This document shows, one piece after another, positions 1-7,945 of a stretch of DNA of 32,000 bases. The DNA lies in assembly GCF_000092105.1 (NCBI RefSeq), contig NC_014148.1, forward strand, positions 4,680,001 to 4,712,000, read 5' to 3'. Position numbers and translations under genes: made by a program. Below the pieces are notes generated by a model. The model made no database searches. It saw only the letters and a program-made list of their open reading frames with translations, and was not told the origin of the DNA. The stretch comes from Planctopirus limnophila DSM 3776. GTDB lineage: Bacteria > Planctomycetota > Planctomycetia > Planctomycetales > Planctomycetaceae. Numbering within the stretch: position 1 is the stretch's first letter; each line of letters opens with the position of its first letter.

Positions 1-1
1 T

Positions 2-1513
2 GAATATCTGGCAACAGTTGTGGCTCAACAAGGCGAAACGGCTGCCGAAAGTCTCTGGCATGCGCCGACTCTCTTTCAAGGTGTCCTGGTCGAAGAATCC
101 GAACGTGCCCGGGGGAACATTCGCTTTTCTGTCGTTTCACCCCTTCCTCAAGACATCGCCACTTACTCCATTCGTTATGGCGTCATGGATGAATCCGGAA
201 AGCTCAATCTCAATCGACTCTCGGCTCTGAAGCTGACCGAAGAGGAGATGACGGCTCTCCTGATGGGAATTCCCAACATGACAGAAGACATCGCCGCTGC
301 CATTCGCGACTGGATTGACACCAACGACGAAGAGCTACCAGGTGGTGCTGAATCGAGCTATTACGAAACTCTTTCGCCACCTTATCAGGCCAAAAACGGG
401 CCACTGGAATCGCTGGATGAACTCCTGATGGTCAAGGGAGTCACTCCTCAGTTGCTCTATGGCGAAGATGCCAATCGGAATGGTCTCTTGGATCAGAATG
501 AGGTTGATGGTGACTCGAGCCCTCCCTTTGATAACAACGACACCTTCCTTGATCAGGGGTGGAGTGCTTACTTTACAGTTCACAGCCGCGAAAAGAACAA
601 GCGTCCCGATGGCACGAAGAAAATCTATCTCAACAACGATTTTCTGACAGATCTCTACGATGCCCTCGAACCCGAATTTGGCGAAGATGTCGCCAAATTC
701 ATCATTGCCTATCGAGTCAACGGGCCGAACAGTACCACAGAAGCACAACCTGCCAACAGCACCAGTGGCAATGACCGCATTCGCAACATTGGTGGCTCAC
801 CGACAGGTTCCAGTTCTCAGCGTGGACGCCAGCAGCGCGATTCTCAGGCCGTTCAATCGCTGGTTCGAGGTCTAAGCGAAGCCGCCAGCAGCGAAACGGG
901 AACAGTCACGCGTGGAGGTATCGACATCACCCGTGGTGGACAGTTCAAAGTGAACTCGATCTTTGACCTTGTGGGTGTCTCAGTGACCGCCACGGTCAAT
1001 GGTGCACAAACCACACTCGAAAGCCCCTGGAAAGACGAACCCAACGAACTGGCCGCGACTCTGCCTGCCATTCTGGACAATTTAAGCACCATCGAAGATG
1101 ACTTCATCGAAGGGCGCATCAACATCAACGAAGCACGCGTCGAGGTTCTCTCCGGCATCCCCGGCATGACCGAAGAACTCCTCGACGGCATCATGGCTTC
1201 ACAGCCAGTCGATTCCAACGGGATGCCCAATACCAGCCTCCTGGCTCAACGGAAAAACATTGCCTGGCTCTATGCCGAAGGGATTGCCGATCTCGCGACT
1301 TTACGCACACTCGACCCTTACCTCACCTGCCAGGGAAGTGTCTTTCGTGCGCAGATTCTGGGCTTCACAGACGGCGGCGGGCCGATCAATCGCTCGGAAG
1401 TCATCGTCGATGCCACCGTCAATCCACCACAGGTCATCTATCGGCGAGATCTCACTTCGCTAGGGAGAGGCTATCCCCGCAGCATGATCGCGCCTCAAGC
1501 AGCCCCCTTATGA
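2..1513 (+). CDS. gspK: GspK-like type II secretion minor pseudopilin, 5' end cut by the window edge
   Basis: The frame is open from nt 2 (the ORF track starts it at an internal GTG, nt 20); stop TGA 1511-1513. The product has the GspK-type signature YGVMDESGKLNLN. It also has two helix-hairpin-helix-like segments (ESLDELLMVKGVTPQLLYG and ININEARVEVLSGIPGMTEELLDGI) separated by a Ser/Gly/Gln-rich low-complexity insert. Confidence 0.7.
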   Translation, partial: EYLATVVAQQGETAAESLWHAPTLFQGVLVEESERARGNIRFSVVSPLPQDIATYSIRYGVMDESGKLNLNRLSALKLTEEEMTALLMGIPNMTEDIAAAIRDWIDTNDEELPGGAESSYYETLSPPYQAKNGPLESLDELLMVKGVTPQLLYGEDANRNGLLDQNEVDGDSSPPFDNNDTFLDQGWSAYFTVHSREKNKRPDGTKKIYLNNDFLTDLYDALEPEFGEDVAKFIIAYRVNGPNSTTEAQPANSTSGNDRIRNIGGSPTGSSSQRGRQQRDSQAVQSLVRGLSEAASSETGTVTRGGIDITRGGQFKVNSIFDLVGVSVTATVNGAQTTLESPWKDEPNELAATLPAILDNLSTIEDDFIEGRININEARVEVLSGIPGMTEELLDGIMASQPVDSNGMPNTSLLAQRKNIAWLYAEGIADLATLRTLDPYLTCQGSVFRAQILGFTDGGGPINRSEVIVDATVNPPQVIYRRDLTSLGRGYPRSMIAPQAAPL

Positions 1514-1710
1514 CTGCTCGCCGCATATGCTTTCTAAGAGTCCAAATCGCTCCTATGTGCGATGCATGTCCCCCTCAAGAACCCTCGCCCATGTCTTCGT
1601 AGAAGAAGTCAAGGTGAAGGTCTGCCCAAACGATTTGTGTCCAAAACAAACGTTTCCGCAGGAGCACCAATTGTCTGCCACTGGCCAGAGATGAAAAGCA
1701 TCCCGCATCG

Positions 1711-1827
1711 GGTGGCAGGGATCGGATGTCTTCATCCGCCCTCTGGTCAATCGAGTTCACCAGCACGAATGCATCGACACATGCTTTCCTGCCATGGCCG
1801 GCAACGAAAACGTTTGACCCCAGCCAC
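1711..1827 (+). repeat. Short (core-only) copy of the intergenic repeat family also present at 27705-28070 and 31626-32000
   Basis: GGTGGCAGGGATCGGATGTCTTCATCCGCCCTCTGGTCAATCGAGTTCACCAGCACGAATGCATC (1711-1775) matches the core of the long copies with a few substitutions and a 1-nt deletion. After a divergent spacer it ends with ACGTTTGACCCCAGCCAC (to 1827), as the long copies do. It lies about 110 nt upstream of the sulfatase start. Confidence 0.75.
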
Positions 1828-1937
1828 TCAGAATCCAAACCTCGCCTCATGCTCGATTGCTTTATGCAATCGAATTGAGTGATGGTTATGATCAACCAGA
1901 TCATCCGAGAGAATTCTGACTGCAGGACTGGATTTTT

Positions 1938-3500
1938 ATGAAACTGAAACGATGGCTGTTGACTCTATGCACTCTGGCTTTATGCGTGGTAAACCACTCG
2001 GAAGTTCCTTCAGCTCTGGCTGCTGAAACCACAGGAAAGCCCCAGGTTTCCCGGCCCAACATCGTGCTCATCTATGTGGACGATCTCGGTTATGGCGACA
2101 TCAGTTGTCATGGCGCCACGCTGGTCAAAACGCCCCATGTCGATCGATTGGCTCGCGAAGGACTCAACTTTTCTGATGGACACTCACCGTCGGCCACTTG
2201 CACTCCCTCGCGCTACGCCATGCTCACCGGCGAATATGCCTGGCGGAAAAAAGGGACTGGAGTTCTTCCGGGCGATGCCAGGCTGATTATTGAACCGGGC
2301 CGCCGCACTCTCGCTTCGACACTTCAAAAGGCGGGCTATCGCACCGGTGTCGTCGGGAAATGGCATCTGGGTTTAGGAGACGAAAAACTTAACTGGAACG
2401 GCGTCATCAAACCCGGCCCTCTCGAAGTGGGCTTTGATGAATCGTTCATCATGGCCGCGACCGGCGATCGAGTGCCATGTGTCTACGTTGAGCAGGATCG
2501 TGTGCTCAACCTTGACCCGAACGACCCAATCAAAGTCCAGTTCGGCAAACCAATTGATCCTGCCCTACCCACAGGGAAATCGCATCCAGAATTGCTCACG
2601 GTCATGAAGCCGAGCCACGGTCACGACATGACGATTATCAATGGTGTCAGCCGGATTGGCTATATGACAGGTGGCAAGGCCGCTCTCTGGAACGATCAGG
2701 AGATGGCCGATGTCTTTACCTCAAAAGCACTCAAGTTCATGACCGATCATTGGGCTCGCCATGCCGATCAGCCGTTTTTCTTGTTCTTTTCGCTGCACGA
2801 TATTCACGTTCCCCGCTTGCCTCACCCCCGCTTTGTCGGCAGCACCAGCATGGGCCCGCGCGGCGACGTGATTGTCGAAATGGATTGGTGTGTCGGTCAG
2901 GTGCTCGACAAGCTCGCGGCCTTAGGAATTGACGACGAGACGATGGTCATCTTTACCAGCGATAATGGCCCCGTCGTCGATGATGGATACAAAGATGAAG
3001 CCGTCACGAAGCTGAGTCATCATCAACCGGCTGGCCCTTATCGAGGTGGTAAATATAGTGCCTATGAAGGAGGGACTCGCGTCCCCTTCATTGTCCGCTG
3101 GCCAGGTCGCATCCAGCCGGGAACATCGAACGCGTTGATGTGTCAGATCGACCTCATGGCCTCGCTCGGCAAACTGGTGGGGCAACCTGTCCCACCCCAG
3201 GAAGCGTATGACAGTATTGATGTCCTTCCCGCTTTATTGGGTGAGTCACAGGCAGGTCGAGAGCAACTGGTGGAGCACTCGGGAGTTCTGGGCCTGCGCG
3301 CGGGCCCCTGGAAACTGATTGAGCCCGGCAAAGCCCCGCGTGTCTTCCAGCAGACCAATACCGAAACCGGCCAGCTCCCCAGACCTCGCCTGTTTAATCT
3401 CGAAGAAGACCCCGGCGAAACCCGCGACCTCGCCGAAGACCAACCCGAAAAAGTCAAAGAACTCCAAGCCCTCCTCGAGAGAATCAAAGGTGAGATCTAA
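1938..3500 (+). CDS. Secreted arylsulfatase (formylglycine-dependent sulfatase family)
   Basis: ATG 1938, TAA 3498-3500. Signal peptide LLTLCTLALCVVNHSEVPSALA. Metal-binding DDLGYGD. Canonical C-x-P-x-R motif in SATCTPSRYAMLTGEY. GKWHLG, HDIHVP, FTSDNGP and GGKYSAYEGGTRVPFIVRWPG are all intact. Confidence 0.92.
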   Translation: MKLKRWLLTLCTLALCVVNHSEVPSALAAETTGKPQVSRPNIVLIYVDDLGYGDISCHGATLVKTPHVDRLAREGLNFSDGHSPSATCTPSRYAMLTGEYAWRKKGTGVLPGDARLIIEPGRRTLASTLQKAGYRTGVVGKWHLGLGDEKLNWNGVIKPGPLEVGFDESFIMAATGDRVPCVYVEQDRVLNLDPNDPIKVQFGKPIDPALPTGKSHPELLTVMKPSHGHDMTIINGVSRIGYMTGGKAALWNDQEMADVFTSKALKFMTDHWARHADQPFFLFFSLHDIHVPRLPHPRFVGSTSMGPRGDVIVEMDWCVGQVLDKLAALGIDDETMVIFTSDNGPVVDDGYKDEAVTKLSHHQPAGPYRGGKYSAYEGGTRVPFIVRWPGRIQPGTSNALMCQIDLMASLGKLVGQPVPPQEAYDSIDVLPALLGESQAGREQLVEHSGVLGLRAGPWKLIEPGKAPRVFQQTNTETGQLPRPRLFNLEEDPGETRDLAEDQPEKVKELQALLERIKGEI

Positions 3501-3524
3501 CCACGAGCAATTGACGTGTCATCA

Positions 3525-3630
3525 ACGAGCCGGAAGCGTCAGCGACGGGCATTTGTATTGTCATAATATCTAGTATATTCTGCCACGAAGAAAAGTAGAG
3601 AAGCACCCGTCGCTCACGCTTCCGGCTCGT
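3525..3630. repeat. REP doublet (REPIN-like long hairpin) abutting the 3' end of the RAYT gene
   Basis: Arm CGAGCCGGAAGCGTCAGCGACGGG (3526-3549) pairs with CCCGTCGCTCACGCTTCCGGCTCG (3606-3629): 24 positions with one central C.C mismatch (3540/3615), plus A3525-T3630. The spacer (3550-3605) is 56 nt and AT-rich. It ends 2 nt before the RAYT stop codon. Confidence 0.9.
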
Positions 3631-3632
3631 GA

Positions 3633-4154
3633 TCATTGTGGCTCGCTTTGGTCGAGCCGTGTGTTGTAGACCGACATCTGCTCGCCTTGTTCGTTGATAA
3701 CGTAGGCTATGGCTGACTCCAGCGATTTCATGTCATTGAGGTATCTCGTGCTGCCGTGTTGAGTCCAGCGGTCGCGGTCCGCATCCTCTTGAAAAGCTTC
3801 CCGTAATCGACGACTCGACCACGCTCTCAGATCACTCATGACCTTTTCCGGCGATATCGGCGCGTTCAGCAGAATATGCACATGGTTGCTGCAGACGTGA
3901 ACGGCATGAAGACTCCACGAACGATGAGTGCATACCTCGCGAATAGTCTTCAGGACGACTTCACGGTGTACGTGATTGAGCTGATAAGGTGCCTGGCGTA
4001 ATGACTGGTGGCGACGAGCTTCCAGTTCTTCATCAGGAGCAACTAACGGAGTGCCAGGAAGATTGTGCTGACGATCCACCGATCCCGGATCCCGACCATG
4101 CAGCCATGTGCCATACGTCGTGAACGTGATGAAGTAAGCCAGCGGCGGATTCAA
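3633..4154 (-). CDS. REP-associated tyrosine transposase (RAYT; IS200-like Y1/HUH transposase family)
   Basis: 173 aa. TTG start at 4152-4154 with GAGGGA about 10 nt upstream; stop at 3633-3635. N-terminal YFITFTTYGTWLHG, HUH motif in SNHVHILL, and a C-terminal catalytic-Tyr-type motif AIAYVINEQ. The gene is bracketed by REP doublets at 3525-3630 and 4188-4291. Confidence 0.82.
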   Translation of the reverse strand: MNPPLAYFITFTTYGTWLHGRDPGSVDRQHNLPGTPLVAPDEELEARRHQSLRQAPYQLNHVHREVVLKTIREVCTHRSWSLHAVHVCSNHVHILLNAPISPEKVMSDLRAWSSRRLREAFQEDADRDRWTQHGSTRYLNDMKSLESAIAYVINEQGEQMSVYNTRLDQSEPQ

Positions 4155-4187
4155 GGTGCGATATCCCTCGACATACGTGTGCTAATA

Positions 4188-4291
4188 CGAGCCGGAAGCG
4201 TCAGCGACGGGCATTTCTCGACTTTTCTTCGTGACGATTCACACTAAACATCAAGACAATACAAATACCCGTCGCTCACGCTTCCGGCTCG
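4188..4291. repeat. REP doublet (REPIN-like long hairpin) 33 nt upstream of the RAYT start
   Basis: The same two 24-nt arms as at 3526-3549/3606-3629 occur at 4188-4211 and 4268-4291, with the same central C.C mismatch. Pairing extends inward (GCATTT 4211-4216 with AAATAC 4263-4268, one mismatch). The 56-nt spacer is roughly the reverse complement of the spacer in the first doublet. Confidence 0.9.
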
Positions 4292-4298
4292 TGGCGCG

Positions 4299-5528
4299 TT
4301 ACATACCAACTAACCCTCGGGCCGTTTCGAGTTCTTTTCCCAGGCCCGCGATGATCGCTTCCGTGCGGGGTTGTCCCGGGAGGACATTCCAGGTGTAGGT
4401 TTCCACTTCCAAGTGCGGGGCGTAGGGAAGAGCCTCGACGGCTTTAAGAGCCGCTTCAAGATCCGGCCTCGTCGTGAAGAGCGGGCCAATCGAAACTTCC
4501 GAGATGGGCACATGGTAATGCACGCGCCAACTCTCGGCCTGCTGGAATTCGAGTGGTGGTGCTGCCAGAAATTCTTCCGTCAGATCGACCTGGCGAATGA
4601 AGCCACTCTCCTGCCGGTCGCCCGAGATGCAGCGGGCGATCGTCTGGTGCAGGTAACGCGGCTCGATATAGCTTTTAAGAGCCGCCTGAACTTCGGGGGT
4701 GAGGGGTTGCCTCGCATCGATGGCGCAGCTTAAGTGAACCTTGTTGATGCGAATACCGGCTCGTTCAATGGCATGAATGGCCTGATCGGCTGGTTCGAAT
4801 TCAACCGCCTGATGGCAGACGTCGTAGCACAGCCCCAGATGCGTTCTGGCCTGAGAGAGCACGCCCTTCTCTTCCGCCTGACGAAACAACTGCTCGAAAA
4901 AGGCAATCGCCTCATCGGTCGTTTCCAGCAGGCAGAGTGGTTCAGGTTCAATCGCCAGCCGAATCAGGCGGCCAGTGGAATCATGCAGGTCATCGAGGGC
5001 CATGGCCAGATCGAGTAATTGACGAATACAAATGCTCGTAAAATCACCCGTGGGTTCATGCGGCTTGAACGCGAGTGGCAATGTTGACAGGCTCCCTTGC
5101 AGATCTTCGGGGAGCAGTGCCGCAAGAATGCGGGCACAATTCAAGGTGTAATCGTACCGCTGCGGAGACGACCAGTTGGGAAGATAGACCTGATCTTTGA
5201 CGCGCTCGGAGTGAAAGTTTCCGTAAGGGAAGGCATTGAGTGTGTAGCAGATGAGATTTCGTGAGGAAAGCGCCGCGCGAAGTTCTTCGAGAGCCTGGGG
5301 CGTAGCGAGTAACTCATCGATGATGGTGGCTTGCAGCCATAAGCCGACGGCGAGTTCGCCACCACTGGCCTGGCGAATAGGAAGGGCGAAGGTATCAAGA
5401 CCTTGAATCACTTCAGCGAGAGTCTGAGCCGGATGAACATTGGTGCAATAGCTGAGGGGCAAAAGTGGAAAGGTCATGAGCTCTTCCGGCTGTGGGTTCG
5501 CAAGCTGAATCTGGGTTCTCTTCGGCAC
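4299..5528 (-). CDS. eboE: Xylose-isomerase-like TIM-barrel protein, EboE-like (sugar phosphate isomerase/epimerase superfamily)
   Basis: 409-aa ORF with an alternative ATG at 5477 (MTFPLLPLSYCTNVHP...). The segments LSYCTNVHPAQTL, YTLNAFPYGNFHSERVKDQVYLPNWSSPQRYDYTLNCARILAALLPE and LRLAIEPEP match my recollection of the EboE family. This is memory of family motifs, not a search. Confidence 0.55.
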   Translation of the reverse strand: MPKRTQIQLANPQPEELMTFPLLPLSYCTNVHPAQTLAEVIQGLDTFALPIRQASGGELAVGLWLQATIIDELLATPQALEELRAALSSRNLICYTLNAFPYGNFHSERVKDQVYLPNWSSPQRYDYTLNCARILAALLPEDLQGSLSTLPLAFKPHEPTGDFTSICIRQLLDLAMALDDLHDSTGRLIRLAIEPEPLCLLETTDEAIAFFEQLFRQAEEKGVLSQARTHLGLCYDVCHQAVEFEPADQAIHAIERAGIRINKVHLSCAIDARQPLTPEVQAALKSYIEPRYLHQTIARCISGDRQESGFIRQVDLTEEFLAAPPLEFQQAESWRVHYHVPISEVSIGPLFTTRPDLEAALKAVEALPYAPHLEVETYTWNVLPGQPRTEAIIAGLGKELETARGLVGM

Positions 5529-5607
5529 TCCTCATCATGCCAGCTTTTGTTGTCCAAGGCACTCCTCCGAAGCGAAGAAGCAGGCTGAAAATGGGATCAT
5601 GGCCAAC

Positions 5608-6624
5608 TCAGCCATTTTCGCCACCAGCCGCAATCTGCTCCCGCGCGGGGGCCAGCGTGTTGGTCGGTACGCTGCGGACTGTGACCAGTTCTGTTGCTTC
5701 GTCTGTGACTTCGAGTGGAGGGATGGCGGGTGCCGCAACCGGAGGGTGAGCAGGTGTCTTCGCACCAGCAGCGCGATACTGCACGACGAGAACCGAGCCC
5801 AGCACACCAACCACACAGACCAGTTGCAACAAAGTGAGTGGTTCTCCATCGAGCCAGGCCCAGTAAAAGGCCCAGAGTGGTACGAGGTTCGTCACCATCC
5901 CGGCAAACAGCGGGCCTTGATCGCGAATGAGAATGTTAAAGCCATACATGGCCAATCCCGTTCCTGCGACACCGAGGATCGCCACAGCACCAATCGCGGT
6001 GATCCAGTCGATCCGGGTGGCATCCGGGGCCGCAGATTCGGTGAACCAGGCAAGTGGCAACAGGATGATTGCAGCGGCAGCCAGTGCGACCAGTGTCAAT
6101 TCGAGAGGATTCGCATCCTTCATCGTGCGGCGAATGATGACATTCGAGAAGGCGTAACCTAAGGGGACTGAAATCAGTACAGCCAGGTCGAGCAGTGGCA
6201 GGTTCTTATGAATCTCGCCAGCGAAGAGCACAATGAGAAACGAAAGAGCAGCCAGCACACCCCAGAATTGCCGCTGGGTGGGCCAGACACCCAGAAGTGG
6301 TATGGCAATGAAGATCGTCATCAGTGGATTGAGGCTCACACTCCCACCCACGATAAAACTGCCATTCCGCTCGACCAGCCACGGCTGCACCACATAAGGC
6401 CAGGTGAATCCGAGAAAGGTCACAATGACCAGTGCCCCCAGATGTTTTCTCCGAAGCGTTCGAGATGGGCCGAGCCACCAGAAAATCAACCCCAGTGCGA
6501 TGGCACCACCCGCCACACGCCAACCACCAATCGTGATCGCTTCGAGGACAGGATTGGCCTTCTTCATCAGGATGAAGCTGCCCCCCCACACAGTGCAGAT
6601 CAGTAGAAACAGCAGATAAGGCAC
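5608..6624 (-). CDS. EamA/DMT-family transporter
   Basis: GTG start at 6622-6624. The 338-aa protein is very hydrophobic with about 10 predicted TM segments in two halves. The N-terminus LLFLLICTVWGGSFILMK is typical of EamA proteins. It has a Pro/Ala-rich cytoplasmic tail. It lies 79 nt upstream of, and co-oriented with, the EboE-like gene. Confidence 0.8.
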   Translation of the reverse strand: MPYLLFLLICTVWGGSFILMKKANPVLEAITIGGWRVAGGAIALGLIFWWLGPSRTLRRKHLGALVIVTFLGFTWPYVVQPWLVERNGSFIVGGSVSLNPLMTIFIAIPLLGVWPTQRQFWGVLAALSFLIVLFAGEIHKNLPLLDLAVLISVPLGYAFSNVIIRRTMKDANPLELTLVALAAAAIILLPLAWFTESAAPDATRIDWITAIGAVAILGVAGTGLAMYGFNILIRDQGPLFAGMVTNLVPLWAFYWAWLDGEPLTLLQLVCVVGVLGSVLVVQYRAAGAKTPAHPPVAAPAIPPLEVTDEATELVTVRSVPTNTLAPAREQIAAGGENG

Positions 6625-6915
6625 ATCATCCTCAAGTCAAAAATGCTCCGTCCATGCCGAGCGTACAGACAGTTGTTCAGCAGGGCGGCTAGCGTGTGGG
6701 TCGATCCACAGGCTGGAAGGAAAATCTTCTAGCGGATCATAGCGGCTGATGATGCCCAGTCTTTCAGTCACATAGCGATTCTGAACAAATTTCGGCCTGA
6801 TGGCCTCTGATTCTCCCGACCTTCACACGATTCTGACATCGAATCCGACATCAAAACTCAGAAAAAGTTCGCTGGAGCATGAGTCAAATGCCCGAACTAT
6901 CGAACTCGAAGCGCA

Positions 6916-7347
6916 CTAGATGTTAACCGCCAGCACGGCAGCGTCGATCTGAAAGTAGGCGGCCAGCTTGTGGATCATCTGTCGGCTGAATCGTCTTTTC
7001 CCTTTGAGCACTTCGGAGATCGTTGATCTGGGCAGACCCGCTTCTCGACTGAGCTGTGCCTGAGATAATCCTTTCGCCTCAAGAAGCTGCTGGAGCAGAT
7101 CGGCATCAGTAGCAGGAGCGATGGCATGATGCTCGTCTTCGTAGGTCTCCACAAGATCACTCAGTGCGTCGAGGTAAGTCGCTTCACCCTCGTTAAGACG
7201 TTCGCGGGCCAAGAGGCCATCGATCACTTTTTGTGCTTCAACCAGATGTGCATCACTTCGGATCGAAGCCAGGGGAAAATCCAGAATCAGCTCCAGATAA
7301 GAATCTTTGTTCTTCCCTCTGAGACGAAACTGTGAATGGATCGTCAT
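6916..7347 (-). CDS. HigA-like XRE-family HTH antitoxin/transcriptional regulator
   Basis: 143 aa. The C-terminal HTH is GLSQAQLSREAGLPRSTISEVLKGKRRFSRQMIHKLAAYF. The N-terminal half (LVEAQKVIDGLLARERLNEGEATYLDALSDLVETYEDEH) has the layout of COG5499-type HigA antitoxins. No intact toxin ORF is adjacent. Confidence 0.7.
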   Translation of the reverse strand: MTIHSQFRLRGKNKDSYLELILDFPLASIRSDAHLVEAQKVIDGLLARERLNEGEATYLDALSDLVETYEDEHHAIAPATDADLLQQLLEAKGLSQAQLSREAGLPRSTISEVLKGKRRFSRQMIHKLAAYFQIDAAVLAVNI

Positions 7348-7543
7348 GGTCGGTTCCCCCGTTCTCTCAATGATCTTGCAGAATGCACCTTAGAATGTCC
7401 CGATCACTCGATCGAATGCTGGTGATGTCGCAATCTGTCATGATGTTACAAAAACTCTTTGGCAATGATCAGGTGGCGCAGTTATTGTCGCGAGCGTTCT
7501 TACTGAACACCCAATGTTTCCGATACCCCACGTTTCTGTTTGT

Positions 7544-7551
7544 GAAGGAGG
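7544..7551 (+). promoter_or_regulatory. Shine-Dalgarno sequence for the VOC gene
   Basis: GAAGGAGG lies 6 nt upstream of the GTG start at 7558. Confidence 0.7.
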
Positions 7552-7557
7552 TTTCCT

Positions 7558-7941
7558 GTGCGTCCAAATCCTGGTTGCTGGTTTGAAATTTATGTCGATG
7601 ATCTCGACCGCGCGACGGCTTTTTATCAGACCGTCCTCGGAACAAAGCTCGATAAGCTGGCCAGCCCGGTCGACAATCTGCAGATGATGACCTTTCCCAT
7701 GTCGATGGACGGCCCGGGAGCCTCTGGGGCTTTATGCAAAATGGAAGGGATGTCAGCCGGGGGAAACAGCACAATGATCTACTTCAGTTGCGAAGACTGC
7801 GCTGTCGAAGCCGGTCGCATTGAAGCCGCCGGTGGCAAGCTGATGATGCCCAAAACATCCATCGGCATGTACGGCTTTATCGCCACAGGGATCGATACCG
7901 AAGGGAACGCCTTCGGTCTGCATACCGCCCCCTCGTTCTAA
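7558..7941 (+). CDS. VOC-family (glyoxalase/bleomycin-resistance fold) protein
   Basis: 127 aa; GTG start with a strong SD; TAA 7939-7941. WFEIYVDDLDRATAFYQTVLG, and later GFIATGIDTEGNAFGLH, are typical of small VOC/glyoxalase-fold proteins. Confidence 0.8.
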   Translation: MRPNPGCWFEIYVDDLDRATAFYQTVLGTKLDKLASPVDNLQMMTFPMSMDGPGASGALCKMEGMSAGGNSTMIYFSCEDCAVEAGRIEAAGGKLMMPKTSIGMYGFIATGIDTEGNAFGLHTAPSF

Positions 7942-7945
7942 TCAA

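Larger units (their letters stand above)
3525..4291 (-). mobile_element. REPtron-like unit: REP doublet - RAYT gene - REP doublet
   Basis: This is the composite of the three features above. It fills almost the whole gap between the arylsulfatase stop (3500) and the EboE-like stop (4299). Confidence 0.75.

Noticed and set aside
1671-1690. GCCACTG, resembling the conserved core of the cobalamin riboswitch, upstream of the sulfatase gene.
   Set aside because: It is an isolated 7-mer. None of the other conserved cobalamin-riboswitch elements (GGGAA, GGTG...CC, CCCGC context) are present.
1553-1904. Three overlapping 65-109 aa ORFs in the gspK-sulfatase gap.
   Set aside because: They overlap each other and the repeat copy at 1711-1827, and have Arg/Cys/His-rich unnatural composition. 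The region is better explained as non-coding repeat DNA.
7348-7557. A possible degraded higB toxin gene upstream of the HigA-like gene.
   Set aside because: All three minus-strand frames have several stops. The only suggestive fragment (LRHLIIAKEFL) is 11 aa, and the space is too short for a ~100-aa toxin. It is kept only as a comment in the orphan-antitoxin finding.
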